Source: Alphaproteobacteria bacterium (GTDB taxonomy: Bacteria; Pseudomonadota; Alphaproteobacteria; RF32; CAG-239). Taken from it: DNA of 64,000 nt. Made by a program: the position numbers and the translations under genes. Positions 44,673 through 54,639 of the stretch are shown here, in pieces. The stretch's first letter is position 1. The number at the start of each line of letters is the position of its first letter. Under the pieces are notes generated by a model, which was not told the DNA's origin, did not search any database, and was given only the letters and a program-made list of their open reading frames with translations. The DNA lies in assembly GCA_045578445.1 (NCBI GenBank), contig JAZNKG010000019.1, forward strand, positions 21 to 64,020, in the 5' to 3' direction.

Positions 44673-47201
44673 TTAAGATAATGTATTATCCTTGAAAGAA
44701 AATCTAGGAATAGCTACTTGGTCGTTAAAACTTAACATTGCATTATTTAATGCTCTGTTTAAGCTTCTTTCTGCTAAGACATCTAAACTACTTCTAATAT
44801 CTGCAAAATAACCGCTTTTACCATATTGTGAACGAGATCTCATATATCTTGCAAAAGTATTCTCATTACCCCAATGTTGGTTATTAAATGCACAATATGT
44901 GTACGCATCTTTATAGTTTGTTTCAGCACTAGGGAATAATGTTTGGTGATGATATTTACTATATCCACGAGGCGCCCAAACAAATAATACTGCATCATCA
45001 TTAGATTTCATGTAGTTTTTAACATCGCTTTCAAGATTATAAGAGCGATGTACCGAAGAATTAATCATACTTAAATCATTCTTTAGCGACATACAAGAAT
45101 GAACATTCTGACAATAATTTATAAACTCTGTAAGCGCAGTATTAATGTGACTATTAGGATTCTCTTCCTTAAATATCGTAGCTGCTTGACAAAGACTAGC
45201 CATACTCATACCAGCACAATATAGAGTAGGGTGAAGAGGTGACTGAATGCCATAACTTCTTAATGCTCTATTAGCTTCACTAAAGAAATATTTTTTATTA
45301 TTACCATATTTGAGGTCAACATAGTTTTGGTGACTACATTGCATGTATATGCTAAAAAATACTTCCAAATCTCTGTCTTTTTGAAGTTCATAAATATTAG
45401 TAATTTTGCTATAGTTGAAATTAGAAATGTCTGGTATAAAAGAATCTCTTCTACCGCTTTGACCAATTGCAGGAGCATCAATAGTTGGTTCAAAAGTAAA
45501 TCTACTATTGTCAATAGCAATACTTTTTGCATCAGCAAATTTACTATTTTCAACTCTGTCTTTCATATAAGAAAACAGTTTGCTTTCATAAACAGGGTTA
45601 ACTGAAGTCTTATTAATAAGAGCAACCAATTGTCTCCAATCGCGCATACCAATATATGGATTATTAATTAATCTATCTAAACAAAGCTTTTCAGCAGATG
45701 TAATTACTTTACCTTCGTCAATATAGAAGTCGCGAATGCCCTTAGCAACTGCACCAACATAATTTTTACCTGAATATTGTTTTTGCAAAATATGATACAT
45801 GTATGCAGCAATACTGCGATTTTGCATAAAACCAATTCCATATTGGTCATAAATTGTTGTTTTAGCAATAATTCTATAATCATCATAAGAAAGATTATTG
45901 TAGTCATATATTCTATTCATACGAGCTACAGATACATTATGTGACATAAAATCATCATACATACGCTTAGTAATACCATATTTATTATTTTGACCATCTC
46001 TAGTGTTAGTCATATTAAAGCAGTAGTTAAACAAGTCGATATTAGGCAACTGCAATAACTGATCATTACTAAGAACAGGAATATTTGAGCTAATGCTTTT
46101 GTATTTATGAGTAGGCAATGTATCAACAATTTGAGCATCTGTTTTAATACTATCTTTATGTTTTTTTCTGCTAGGTAAACTTAAATTAAACATTCTCTCG
46201 TTATTTCTAGCTGTTGCTTTTTTAGGAGTAAATGTAACTTCTTTCACAGTTCTATTATCATCTAATTGACCAGGATTTTTAAATCCCAAATAAGTCATAT
46301 AGCTAAATCCTGCAACAGGAATACCTATCATAGCATATTTTAGTGATTTTAGCGCCCCATTTTTCAATCCATCAAAAGAAATATCATTTAATTTATTTGC
46401 CTGACGTCTAATAAATTCTTTTCTTTTTGCAATACGAGCCTGTTTTTCTTTTTGTAATTGTTTTTTATAGTTTTCTATATTGGATTTAATATTTTGGACA
46501 ATAGCCTTTCTTTTTTCTTCTCTTTCTAAACGTTTTGCCTTTCTGGCATTTTTATTTTCCTCACGTTTTAGAATCTTTTCCTTTTTAAGTTTAGCTTTTT
46601 CAGCATTTTTAAGTTTAATATCTTCTTCACGTTTTAAGCGCTCTTCTTCTTTTATTTTTTCTTGTTCAAGCTGTTTTGCTTCATTTTCTTCTTTGCGTTT
46701 TAAACGGTTAGCTTCGCGTTTTGCAATTTCTTGCGCTCTTTTTTCTTGTAATTCTTCAATTTTACTACTAGCTAATTGCCTTGCTTCATTAATCCCTTGT
46801 CTAGTATTTTCTACATATGTTACAACAGTATTTTTAAGGGTTTGTACAGCTTCTTGTCTTTTTTGAGTACGTTGAACCTTTTTAGAATTTGTTTCATCTA
46901 AAGTTGGAAGTTTAGCTAAAAGTTGTTGTTTAAATTCTTGTTCCAATTCAAGTCTTGCACGTCCTAAAGCCATAAATTTTGGCAAGCTATCATCTTGTGA
47001 ATATTTTTTTTGTAAATCAAAAAGTCGAGAATTATTTTTAACAACAAAACTCTTTACTTCATTATCATATTTTGATATAAAACTTGTATATTTTTCTGGA
47101 TTTTGGCTAAATTCATTTTTAGAAAATTTTACACCATAAAGTGCGCACTTTTCTGTTGCTTCTTCAAACAATTCAATATTAAAATCATTGTTTATTGGCA
47201 C
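44673..47201 (-). CDS. Membrane-anchored coiled-coil protein with large uncharacterised C-terminal domain
   Basis: 842 aa with a GTG start. aa 150-270 is K/E/R-rich coiled coil, there is one TM helix (YAMIGIPVAGFSYMTYLGF), and the roughly 530-aa C-terminal domain contains conserved-looking Cys/His. Confidence 0.65.
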   Translation of the reverse strand: MPINNDFNIELFEEATEKCALYGVKFSKNEFSQNPEKYTSFISKYDNEVKSFVVKNNSRLFDLQKKYSQDDSLPKFMALGRARLELEQEFKQQLLAKLPTLDETNSKKVQRTQKRQEAVQTLKNTVVTYVENTRQGINEARQLASSKIEELQEKRAQEIAKREANRLKRKEENEAKQLEQEKIKEEERLKREEDIKLKNAEKAKLKKEKILKREENKNARKAKRLEREEKRKAIVQNIKSNIENYKKQLQKEKQARIAKRKEFIRRQANKLNDISFDGLKNGALKSLKYAMIGIPVAGFSYMTYLGFKNPGQLDDNRTVKEVTFTPKKATARNNERMFNLSLPSRKKHKDSIKTDAQIVDTLPTHKYKSISSNIPVLSNDQLLQLPNIDLFNYCFNMTNTRDGQNNKYGITKRMYDDFMSHNVSVARMNRIYDYNNLSYDDYRIIAKTTIYDQYGIGFMQNRSIAAYMYHILQKQYSGKNYVGAVAKGIRDFYIDEGKVITSAEKLCLDRLINNPYIGMRDWRQLVALINKTSVNPVYESKLFSYMKDRVENSKFADAKSIAIDNSRFTFEPTIDAPAIGQSGRRDSFIPDISNFNYSKITNIYELQKDRDLEVFFSIYMQCSHQNYVDLKYGNNKKYFFSEANRALRSYGIQSPLHPTLYCAGMSMASLCQAATIFKEENPNSHINTALTEFINYCQNVHSCMSLKNDLSMINSSVHRSYNLESDVKNYMKSNDDAVLFVWAPRGYSKYHHQTLFPSAETNYKDAYTYCAFNNQHWGNENTFARYMRSRSQYGKSGYFADIRSSLDVLAERSLNRALNNAMLSFNDQVAIPRFSFKDNTLS

Positions 47202-47310
47202 CTTAAATTTCCTAAAAAAGTTAATCGTTAATGGTATATATCATTAAATAAACAAAAAATCAAGAGTTTTTTGTTTATTTTGGCAAATTTTTATTAAAAA
47301 AATAAAAATA

Positions 47311-47351
47311 AAAAAAATCCCTGCAAAAGTATAAACTTTGCAGGGGGATTT
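47311..47351 (-). terminator. Rho-independent terminator of the lipoprotein gene
   Basis: Stem CCCTGCAAA/TTTGCAGGG, followed on the minus strand by a T-run. Confidence 0.75.
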
Positions 47352-49037
47352 TTACTCAGAATAAAAAGTCTTAGAAGCGCCGTTAGGTGATGTTAGAGTA
47401 ATGGTATATCGGCTATTAGAATATTTTGCATCGTAAGAATTAATAAAGGCAGAATAATTGCCATTTGGTGCATTTTCCCATCCCAAAATCTTACAACTCA
47501 AAACATCTATACCAGCTATAATCTTATTGTTTTCAGAATACCAAGCAATACCCTCAGAAATATCAACCGCTCTAGCAAGCTCAAACGGTTCATAAACATC
47601 ATCTCTTGCGACAGAATTAAAACCTGTGTATCCAGCAGTAGTGTAGGTATATTCCTCAGGAAAATCCTGATGATAATCGCATACACCCCATAAATAACCA
47701 TGTTCAAACCTCAGCATAACACATTTTTTAGTGATTTTTCCATCACTAAAAGTTGCATCTGGGTCATAAACTGCAGTAACACTAAAATCTACAATTTTAC
47801 CATACTTATAGATTTCTGGCTCAGGCTCAGGCTCAGGCTCTTTTCCATCATTTGGCGGAACAACAGACTCATTGTTACTATTAATAAGAGTTGTAGACAC
47901 AACCTCCTCAAAGCGTTTATCTAGTACCAAAACATAAGCTTGTGATTTATTTAATACTTCAGTATTAGACAACGTATCAAGCTTAGTATCAATATTAAAT
48001 TCATACTTCAAGTCAAAGTAATGCGTTTTTCCATCATCTGTTAAAAAACTAACCTCATAAAGAGGGTAGGTGAATTCATCAACAAAGCTTTCATTACCAT
48101 TGTCATATTTTATTTTTTGACAGGCAATACTTCTCTTAATTGACCAGTTATCATTCACATTTTCAATAACATCAGATGTCTCAACGTCTAATCTCTTATC
48201 AAAAGCATAGCTACTAACTTCAATACTTTTATCTTCTTTAGGTGTAAAGAAAAATTCCATAACAGGAGATGTGTATGTAAATTTCTTATTACCAGAATTA
48301 CTCCATTTTTCGCTTCTTTCAAGAAAGAAAGAAAAATGAGTTTCATCAATCCAAGTATATCCGTCAGAATAAGATGCGTCTAAAAGCTCATCATTCACAG
48401 CAAGTGGTTTCTTGAAGTAGTGAGTAGAAATATCTTCGCTAGAAGAATTTTTTTCATTACTAACATTCCACATTACAGTAAAAAACAAATCAGCAAAGAA
48501 AAGGTTGTCTTCGTTGACAATTTCATCGCAACTCGCTTCGTTAAAGGTTACATCGCTTACATTCATATATGGCAAATCATATGATATATTGCCAATTGAT
48601 GCATTATAGCTTTCATAATAAACCTCAACATTCGCAACTTGCCCATCAGTAAAATAGAATTTTTTAGAAATACTATTTTTTGATGGAGCTATTCCTTCAG
48701 AGTTACTACTAGATGTTTCTTTCTCGTAAATAACATCAGGTTTGCTATTACTGTCAAAAAAGATAGTATCCTTATCTACATAGAGCTTAACAAAAGCGTA
48801 TGGATTAAGAGTAAACTCTTTTCCATCAATAGTGTAGCTAATTCGTTGATTGCATTCAAAGACAAGGGTGTCAGCATCTTTTTTGTCTTGCCAATTATAG
48901 CTATAAACGGGAACAAAGGAAACATCGTTTGCTGTTTCAATTGTTAGAGTTTCTCCAGCGCATCCGCTAAAGAAAAACATCGTTAATACCAAAACCAACA
49001 AAGGCGGTATCAAACGCAAAAACACGTTCTTTTTCAT
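47352..49037 (-). CDS. Large lipoprotein, unknown function
   Basis: 561 aa. Signal peptide plus lipobox FFSG-C, and a PEPEPEPE linker around aa 400. Confidence 0.65.
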   Translation of the reverse strand: MKKNVFLRLIPPLLVLVLTMFFFSGCAGETLTIETANDVSFVPVYSYNWQDKKDADTLVFECNQRISYTIDGKEFTLNPYAFVKLYVDKDTIFFDSNSKPDVIYEKETSSSNSEGIAPSKNSISKKFYFTDGQVANVEVYYESYNASIGNISYDLPYMNVSDVTFNEASCDEIVNEDNLFFADLFFTVMWNVSNEKNSSSEDISTHYFKKPLAVNDELLDASYSDGYTWIDETHFSFFLERSEKWSNSGNKKFTYTSPVMEFFFTPKEDKSIEVSSYAFDKRLDVETSDVIENVNDNWSIKRSIACQKIKYDNGNESFVDEFTYPLYEVSFLTDDGKTHYFDLKYEFNIDTKLDTLSNTEVLNKSQAYVLVLDKRFEEVVSTTLINSNNESVVPPNDGKEPEPEPEPEIYKYGKIVDFSVTAVYDPDATFSDGKITKKCVMLRFEHGYLWGVCDYHQDFPEEYTYTTAGYTGFNSVARDDVYEPFELARAVDISEGIAWYSENNKIIAGIDVLSCKILGWENAPNGNYSAFINSYDAKYSNSRYTITLTSPNGASKTFYSE

Positions 49038-49271
49038 AATAATTATTTTTAAAATTAAACATTTACATTAACAAGTTAAAGTTTTTGCCGATGTTTTTCT
49101 GATAAATAATAAAACCAAAACATAAGCCAAAATAATAAACTTAACGCTACATATAATAAGTGCTAAAATTAAAAAATCAAGCATTTTTGTCTAAAAAGAT
49201 TTTGTGATAATTAGTTGACATTTTATAGATGTGTGCTATCTAACAGTATAGTATTTATTAGGAGAGTATAT

Positions 49272-50144
49272 ATGTCTAAATTGTTAAATGATATCAAAGT
49301 AAAATCACAATATTTTTTGCCTAAAACCTTATTATCAAGAGGGATAGGAAAGCTAGCTTCAGCAAAACTAGGTAAAACCACTACTTTTTTAATCGAAAGT
49401 TTTATCAAACATTATAATATAGATATGAGTGAAGCGGAAATCTCTGATATCACAAAGTTTGAAACTTTTAATGATTTCTTCACTAGAGCTCTTAAAAAAG
49501 GTGCTCGCCCAATCATAGCAGATAAAGATGCTTTAGCTATGCCAGTAGATGGCACAATTAGCCAAACAGGAGATATCTATAAAGATGCAATACTTCAAGC
49601 TAAAGGGCATTACTATAGCCTAGAAGCTTTGCTTGGTGGTGATGAAAAAGATGCTAAATATTTTGAAAATGGTAAATTTGCTACCATATACTTAGCTCCT
49701 AGCAATTATCATAGAGTGCATATGCCATTAGACGGTAAACTAGAAAAAATGGTATTTGTTCCAGGTGATTTATTTTCAGTAAATCCTTTAACAGCAGAAA
49801 ATGTAGATAACTTATTTGCCAGAAACGAAAGAGCAATATGCTTTTTTAATAATGAAAGAATAGGGCGTTTTGCTGTAGTTCTTGTTGGCGCAACAATCGT
49901 TGCAAGTATAGAAACAGTATTTGCAGGAATCGTTGCTCCTTCAAAAGGAAAAGAAAAAACAATATATGATTATTCAAAAGAAAATATAACCTTTAAGAAA
50001 GGCGAAGAATTAGGTCGTTTTCTTTTGGGTAGCACAGTTGTTTGCGTATTCCCTAAAGCAAAAGTTGATTTTGAGAAAGAGCTAACTCCAACAACACCTG
50101 TAAAAATGGGCAAGAAATTAGGAATAATTCGCGCAAAAGCTTAA
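49272..50144 (+). CDS. psd: Phosphatidylserine decarboxylase proenzyme
   Basis: NYHRVHMP and the LGST self-cleavage site (FLLGSTVV). The ATG at 49272 follows GGAGAG. Confidence 0.9.
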   Translation: MSKLLNDIKVKSQYFLPKTLLSRGIGKLASAKLGKTTTFLIESFIKHYNIDMSEAEISDITKFETFNDFFTRALKKGARPIIADKDALAMPVDGTISQTGDIYKDAILQAKGHYYSLEALLGGDEKDAKYFENGKFATIYLAPSNYHRVHMPLDGKLEKMVFVPGDLFSVNPLTAENVDNLFARNERAICFFNNERIGRFAVVLVGATIVASIETVFAGIVAPSKGKEKTIYDYSKENITFKKGEELGRFLLGSTVVCVFPKAKVDFEKELTPTTPVKMGKKLGIIRAKA

Positions 50145-50152
50145 AAAAACTC

Positions 50153-50180
50153 TTGCATTTTAAAATTCTTAAGATATAGT
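50153..50180 (+). promoter_or_regulatory. Sigma-70-type promoter candidate of the rpsF-rpsR-rplI operon
   Basis: TTGCAT (50153-50158), 16-nt spacer, TATAGT (50175-50180). Confidence 0.55.
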
Positions 50181-50256
50181 TAGCCCGTCCTTGCCGGAAG
50201 AAGTAATTTTTTCGGCTATACATTAATTTTGTTGAGAATCCATAAGGAGATTATAT

Positions 50257-50586
50257 ATGACTAAATATGAGAGTATGTTAATTGCTCGTCAAGACCTTGG
50301 TCAAGCTCAAGTTAATGACATTGTGGCATCTTTGTCAGAAGTTATTAAAAATGAGGGTGGCGAGGTTGTAAATGTAGATAACTGGGGTTTGAAAAACCTA
50401 GCTTATCGCATTAAGAAAAACCGCAAGGGTTATTATGTTGTTTTGAACATATCAGCTCCAGCCAATGCAATTTTTGAATATGAACGTTTGGTTCGTTTAA
50501 ACGAAGATATTATTCGTTATATGACAATCAAAGTTGATGAATTCGCAAACAGCAATGAAGAAGTTGCTGAAGTAGAAGCAAACTAA
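50257..50586 (+). CDS. rpsF: 30S ribosomal protein S6
   Basis: [10 protein letters not shown]...[18 protein letters not shown] with an acidic C-terminal tail. Confidence 0.95.
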   Translation: MTKYESMLIARQDLGQAQVNDIVASLSEVIKNEGGEVVNVDNWGLKNLAYRIKKNRKGYYVVLNISAPANAIFEYERLVRLNEDIIRYMTIKVDEFANSNEEVAEVEAN

Positions 50587-50597
50587 GGAGAAGCATT

Positions 50598-50813
50598 ATG
50601 GCAAAACAATTTTTTAAGAAAAAGAATTTAAGTGATAATGCAAGCTTTGTAATTGATTATAAAGATACAAAGTTTCTTTCTCGCTATATTTCAGAAAAAG
50701 GCAAGATTATGCCTAGCCGTATCACTAACGTATCAGCTAAGACACAAAGAGAAATAGCTCGCGCTATTAAACGTGCTCGCTATGTAGCTTTGTTGCCATA
50801 TGTTGCTAACTAA
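50598..50813 (+). CDS. rpsR: 30S ribosomal protein S18
   Basis: [50 protein letters not shown]. Confidence 0.95.
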   Translation: MAKQFFKKKNLSDNASFVIDYKDTKFLSRYISEKGKIMPSRITNVSAKTQREIARAIKRARYVALLPYVAN

Positions 50814-50825
50814 GGAGAATAGGCT

Positions 50826-51344
50826 ATGGAAATCATTCTTTTAGAACATATCGAAAAATTAGGTAAAATGGGCGATAAAGTAAACGTAAGAAGTGGTTAT
50901 GCTCGTAACTACTTATTGCCACAAAACAAAGCATTACGTGCTACAGAAGCTAACATCGCTTATTTTGAAAAACAAAAAGCTGAATTAGAAGCTCGTAACA
51001 AAGCATTGTTTGATAAAGCAACAGAAAAAGCAGAACAATTAAAAGGCTTTAATGCTGTTCTTATTCGTCAAGCTGCTGAAACAGGTCAACTTTATGGTTC
51101 TGTTACAATCAGAGATATTGCAAATGCAATCAATGAAGCTGGCTTTGAATTAGAGCGTCGTTTAGTTACTTTAGATAAGCCAATTAAATACTTAGGTGTT
51201 TACCAAGTTAAATTGAGCTTACACCCAGAAGTTTCTCAAACTGTATTGGTTAACGTTGCAAGAACAGCTGATGAAGCTAAAAAGCAACAAAAAGCTTACA
51301 GTGCAGAAAACGCTGAAGTTGTAGTTGAAGCTGAAGCTAACTAA
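50826..51344 (+). CDS. rplI: 50S ribosomal protein L9
   Basis: MEIILLEHIEKLGKMGDKVNVRSGYARNYLLPQNKA. Confidence 0.95.
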   Translation: MEIILLEHIEKLGKMGDKVNVRSGYARNYLLPQNKALRATEANIAYFEKQKAELEARNKALFDKATEKAEQLKGFNAVLIRQAAETGQLYGSVTIRDIANAINEAGFELERRLVTLDKPIKYLGVYQVKLSLHPEVSQTVLVNVARTADEAKKQQKAYSAENAEVVVEAEAN

Positions 51345-51365
51345 TCTAAGCTTTACTTAGCAAAT

Positions 51366-51410
51366 AAAAAAAAACACAGACCTTATAGGCCTGTGTTTTT
51401 TTTGTTTTTT
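51366..51410. terminator. Bidirectional rho-independent terminator
   Basis: Stem AAACACAG/CTGTGTTT with long A- and T-runs, between convergent genes. Confidence 0.8.
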
Positions 51411-51413
51411 ACA

Positions 51414-51770
51414 TTACATCTCGTCAAAGATTTCGTCATACTGATCTGTTATAAAATCGATGTTACGAGTATGACTAATCTCAGCCTTAGCTTCACCAAT
51501 ATAGCCAATAGTTCCTATTGCCGGTACTTTCAGCTTGGTTTTCCACTCTGAACGAGGCATAATTTCAAATATGCCATTGCCTTCGTAGGTAATTACGATA
51601 TCTGCTGTATCGGGAAACCATACCCAGGCAAAATAACTCACAAAATGTTCTATTTTTGTTACAAAAATGAACGGTAATGTTGTGGACTTGTTAAGTTTGC
51701 TAAAAGCATCTTCGAACACTTTTAGCATTGCCTCCCTTACGGTTGGATCGCTTTGATATCTTCTTTTCAT
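51414..51770 (-). CDS. Small hypothetical protein, paralog B (118 aa)
   Basis: Start moved to the Met at 51770, because the longer track ORF would read through the upstream terminator. It shares the WVWFP...ITY.G.G.F...PRSEWK.KL core with the neighbouring ORF. Confidence 0.6.
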   Translation of the reverse strand: MKRRYQSDPTVREAMLKVFEDAFSKLNKSTTLPFIFVTKIEHFVSYFAWVWFPDTADIVITYEGNGIFEIMPRSEWKTKLKVPAIGTIGYIGEAKAEISHTRNIDFITDQYDEIFDEM

Positions 51771-51832
51771 AATAATTTGATTTAGTAAGCTATAAATAGC
51801 ACAAAAAATATTTTTTGTCAACAGTAAAATGC

Positions 51833-51877
51833 AAATAAAAAAAACACAGGCAAAATTAAAGCCTGTGTTTTTTTGTG
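51833..51877 (-). terminator. Rho-independent terminator between the two paralogs
   Basis: Stem AAACACAGGC/GCCTGTGTTT with A/T runs. The stem sequence is nearly the same as in the rplI terminator. Confidence 0.75.
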
Positions 51878-51885
51878 TTAGAGTG

Positions 51886-52248
51886 TTAATCCTCAATGGT
51901 GTAAACCTCATCCTTAGATGAAGAATCAAGCATTAATTGGTAGTTGTAACGTACCTCTGCTTTCACACTTCCTATGCGTCCAACAGCTTCTCTAGGAGGA
52001 ATAACGAGTTTACCTTTCCACTCAGAGCGAGGAGCTACACCAAACATGCCATCACCATCATATGTGATAATGATGTCCATATTTTCAGGAAACCACACCC
52101 ATCCAAAAATGTCTTCATAGCTGTTAGCTTCTCCGTATTTTACAAATACTAGCACTGGAAGAGATTGAGCCTCATCAAGCTGAGGAAAAACATCCGTAAA
52201 AACATAGAGCATCTGCTCTTTAACTGTAGTTGAATTTTGTAGATACAT
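51886..52248 (-). CDS. Small hypothetical protein, paralog A (120 aa)
   Basis: Roughly 45% identical to paralog B over about 90 residues by hand alignment. Confidence 0.6.
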   Translation of the reverse strand: MYLQNSTTVKEQMLYVFTDVFPQLDEAQSLPVLVFVKYGEANSYEDIFGWVWFPENMDIIITYDGDGMFGVAPRSEWKGKLVIPPREAVGRIGSVKAEVRYNYQLMLDSSSKDEVYTIED

Positions 52249-52328
52249 AAGAATAATTTTTAGAATTATACTTTAATAACAAAGTTAGATTAGTTAAAGA
52301 TATATGCTTTGTCAATAATATTTGTATA

Positions 52329-52362
52329 TAAAAAAATAACCGCCGATTTCTCAGCGGTTATA
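52329..52362 (-). terminator. Rho-independent terminator of rpoD
   Basis: Stem ATAACCGC/GCGGTTAT, followed on the minus strand by a T-run. Confidence 0.75.
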
Positions 52363-52364
52363 TA

Positions 52365-54452
52365 TTATTGGTCTAAGAATGAGCGTAAACGCTTAGATCT
52401 GCTTGGGTGCTTCAATTTTCTCAAAGCTTTAGCTTCAATCTGACGAATACGTTCACGTGTAACGTTAAATTGTTGACCAACTTCTTCTAATGTATGATCA
52501 GTATTCATACCAATACCAAAACGCATACGTAATACTCTTTCTTCTCTAGGTGTTAAAGAAGATAAAATACGAGTACATGTTTCTTTTAAGTTTGTATGAA
52601 TAGCTGAATCCATTGGTTGAAGTGCGTTCTCATCAGCAATAAAATCACCTAAAGATGAATCTTCTTCATCACCAACAGGAGACTCTAAACTTACAGGTTC
52701 CTTAGCAATCTTCATAACTTTACGTATTTTATCAACTGGCATAGATAAACGTTTTGCTAATTCCTCAGGTATAGGCTCACGTCCCATCTCTAAAGCCATT
52801 TGACGAGAAGTACGAACTAATTTATTAATAGTCTCAATCATATGAACAGGAATACGAATTGTACGAGCTTGGTCTGCAATTGAACGAGTAATTGCTTGAC
52901 GTATCCACCAAGTAGCATATGTAGAGAATTTATAACCACGACGATATTCAAACTTATCAACTGCTTTCATTAAACCAATATTACCTTCTTGAATAAGGTC
53001 TAAGAATTGCATACCACGGTTAGTGTATTTTTTAGAAATAGAAATAACCAAGCGAAGGTTTGCTTCAATCATTTCTTTCTTTGCGCGCTCAGCTTCTCTT
53101 TCGCCACGTTTAATGGTATCAACCATTTTACGATATTCAGCAATTGGAAGACCGCATTCTTTACTCATCTCAACCAAAGAAGCGCGCAAATCATTAATTT
53201 CATCTATGTTATTATTTACAAAAGCTGTCCAGTGTTTATCCTTCTTATCAAGAAGTTTATCTGTCCAGTTAGGGTCAAGCTCAGAGTGTTGATAAGCTTG
53301 TAAGAAATCTTCACGCTTAACTTTAGTGCTCAAAGCCAAACGCATCAACTTACCTTCAACACCCATTAAACGACGATTAAGTTCATTTAATTGTTCAACA
53401 AGCTCTTCAACACGTTGAGAGTTAAGATGAATAGAGCTCATCAACTCAATCAATTCTTTTTTGATATTGATGTATTTTTTCTCTAAAGCTGTTTGTGCTT
53501 TGCGTCCAGCAATAATTGCTTTCATGCGTTGTGCTTGAATTCTGCTTAATTCGTCATAATAACTAGCAATTTTATTCAAGATATCTAAAACTGGTTCAAA
53601 CAAAGCATTTTCCATGGCAGTGATAGATGTAACAGAGTGACCGCCGTCCTCATCTTCATCTAAATCATCTCCATTTTCGCCATCGATACCGTCTTCACCA
53701 GATAAGTCATCGTCATCATCATGATGATCATCAACTGTACCATCAAATTCAATATCAGTATCTAAATCATCATCGATTTCATCAAGATTTTTATTTTCTA
53801 AATCTTTAGTAACTTCTGCTAAGTCATCATCAGGAGTATTTTCGTCATCATAGACAATAGCCGCAGCATCAACACCATACATCATTTCCAAGTCAATAAT
53901 GTTTCTAAGTTGCATTGTGCCTTCAACTAATTCGTCACGCCATTTAGAAATAGCTTTTAATGTCATTGGGTTTTCGCAAAGTCCACCAATCATAACTGTT
54001 TTACCAGCTTCAATTCTCTTTGCAATTGCGATTTCACCATCACGAGATAATAACTCAACAGTCCCCATTTCTTTAAGATACATTCTAACAGGGTCGTCAG
54101 AACGCATTAATTCTTTTCCGTCAAAGTTGCCACCACTATCTTCATCATCAATGATGTCAACCTCACGATTCTCTGTCTCTTCAGAATGTTCTTCGTCATA
54201 ATCATCTGTTTCATCAGCTGAGATAATGCTGATTTCCATATCGGAAATAGCAGCCATAATATCTTCAATTTGGTCGGAAGTTTCTTTTTCTGAAGGTAGA
54301 GCTTGATTAAGTTCTTCAATAGTAATATAGCCTAGTTCTTTACCCTTGGCAATCAACTTCTTAAGCGGTCCGCCGAATGAATCCAACAGCGGAGCATCAG
54401 ATCCTTGATATTCTTCTTTATCTGTTTCTGACATGTCGTTCCTTAAAATCAA
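52365..54452 (-). CDS. rpoD: RNA polymerase sigma factor RpoD (sigma-70)
   Basis: 695 aa with an acidic region 1 / non-conserved region. Region 2 reads [37 protein letters not shown] and region 4 reads [27 protein letters not shown]. Confidence 0.97.
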   Translation of the reverse strand: MILRNDMSETDKEEYQGSDAPLLDSFGGPLKKLIAKGKELGYITIEELNQALPSEKETSDQIEDIMAAISDMEISIISADETDDYDEEHSEETENREVDIIDDEDSGGNFDGKELMRSDDPVRMYLKEMGTVELLSRDGEIAIAKRIEAGKTVMIGGLCENPMTLKAISKWRDELVEGTMQLRNIIDLEMMYGVDAAAIVYDDENTPDDDLAEVTKDLENKNLDEIDDDLDTDIEFDGTVDDHHDDDDDLSGEDGIDGENGDDLDEDEDGGHSVTSITAMENALFEPVLDILNKIASYYDELSRIQAQRMKAIIAGRKAQTALEKKYINIKKELIELMSSIHLNSQRVEELVEQLNELNRRLMGVEGKLMRLALSTKVKREDFLQAYQHSELDPNWTDKLLDKKDKHWTAFVNNNIDEINDLRASLVEMSKECGLPIAEYRKMVDTIKRGEREAERAKKEMIEANLRLVISISKKYTNRGMQFLDLIQEGNIGLMKAVDKFEYRRGYKFSTYATWWIRQAITRSIADQARTIRIPVHMIETINKLVRTSRQMALEMGREPIPEELAKRLSMPVDKIRKVMKIAKEPVSLESPVGDEEDSSLGDFIADENALQPMDSAIHTNLKETCTRILSSLTPREERVLRMRFGIGMNTDHTLEEVGQQFNVTRERIRQIEAKALRKLKHPSRSKRLRSFLDQ

Positions 54453-54639
54453 TTTCTACCACGCTTTATACGTAGTATAAAAATATAGTTTGCAAACGCT
54501 AATACAGATAATATTTCTATACCAGTTTGTCAAGTATTATTTTAAAATTATCACTATATCTTAATATCATAATATAGAGCTTGACAAGGAAACACACACC
54601 ATGTAATCTCTAACCAATTGTTTTAATGAGGGGGTATTT

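Noticed and set aside
45900-46020. The NKYGIT segment in the 842-aa protein resembles the GH108 lysozyme motif (GG.TnyGIt).
   Set aside because: The upstream EGG catalytic segment is absent, and the similarity covers only about 6 residues. That is too weak to call.
51771-51929. N-terminal extension of the 171-aa track ORF (51414-51929).
   Set aside because: The extension reads through a strong terminator hairpin and a promoter-like TTGACA. The internal Met at 51770 gives a protein colinear with its 120-aa paralog.
54527-54587. 8-bp inverted repeat TTGTCAAG ... CTTGACAA in the rpoD / 704-aa ORF intergenic region.
   Set aside because: It is most simply two divergent -35-like TTGACA hexamers. 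The plus-strand one has TAATCT 17 nt downstream, and the minus-strand partner has only a weak -10. There is no evidence for an operator.
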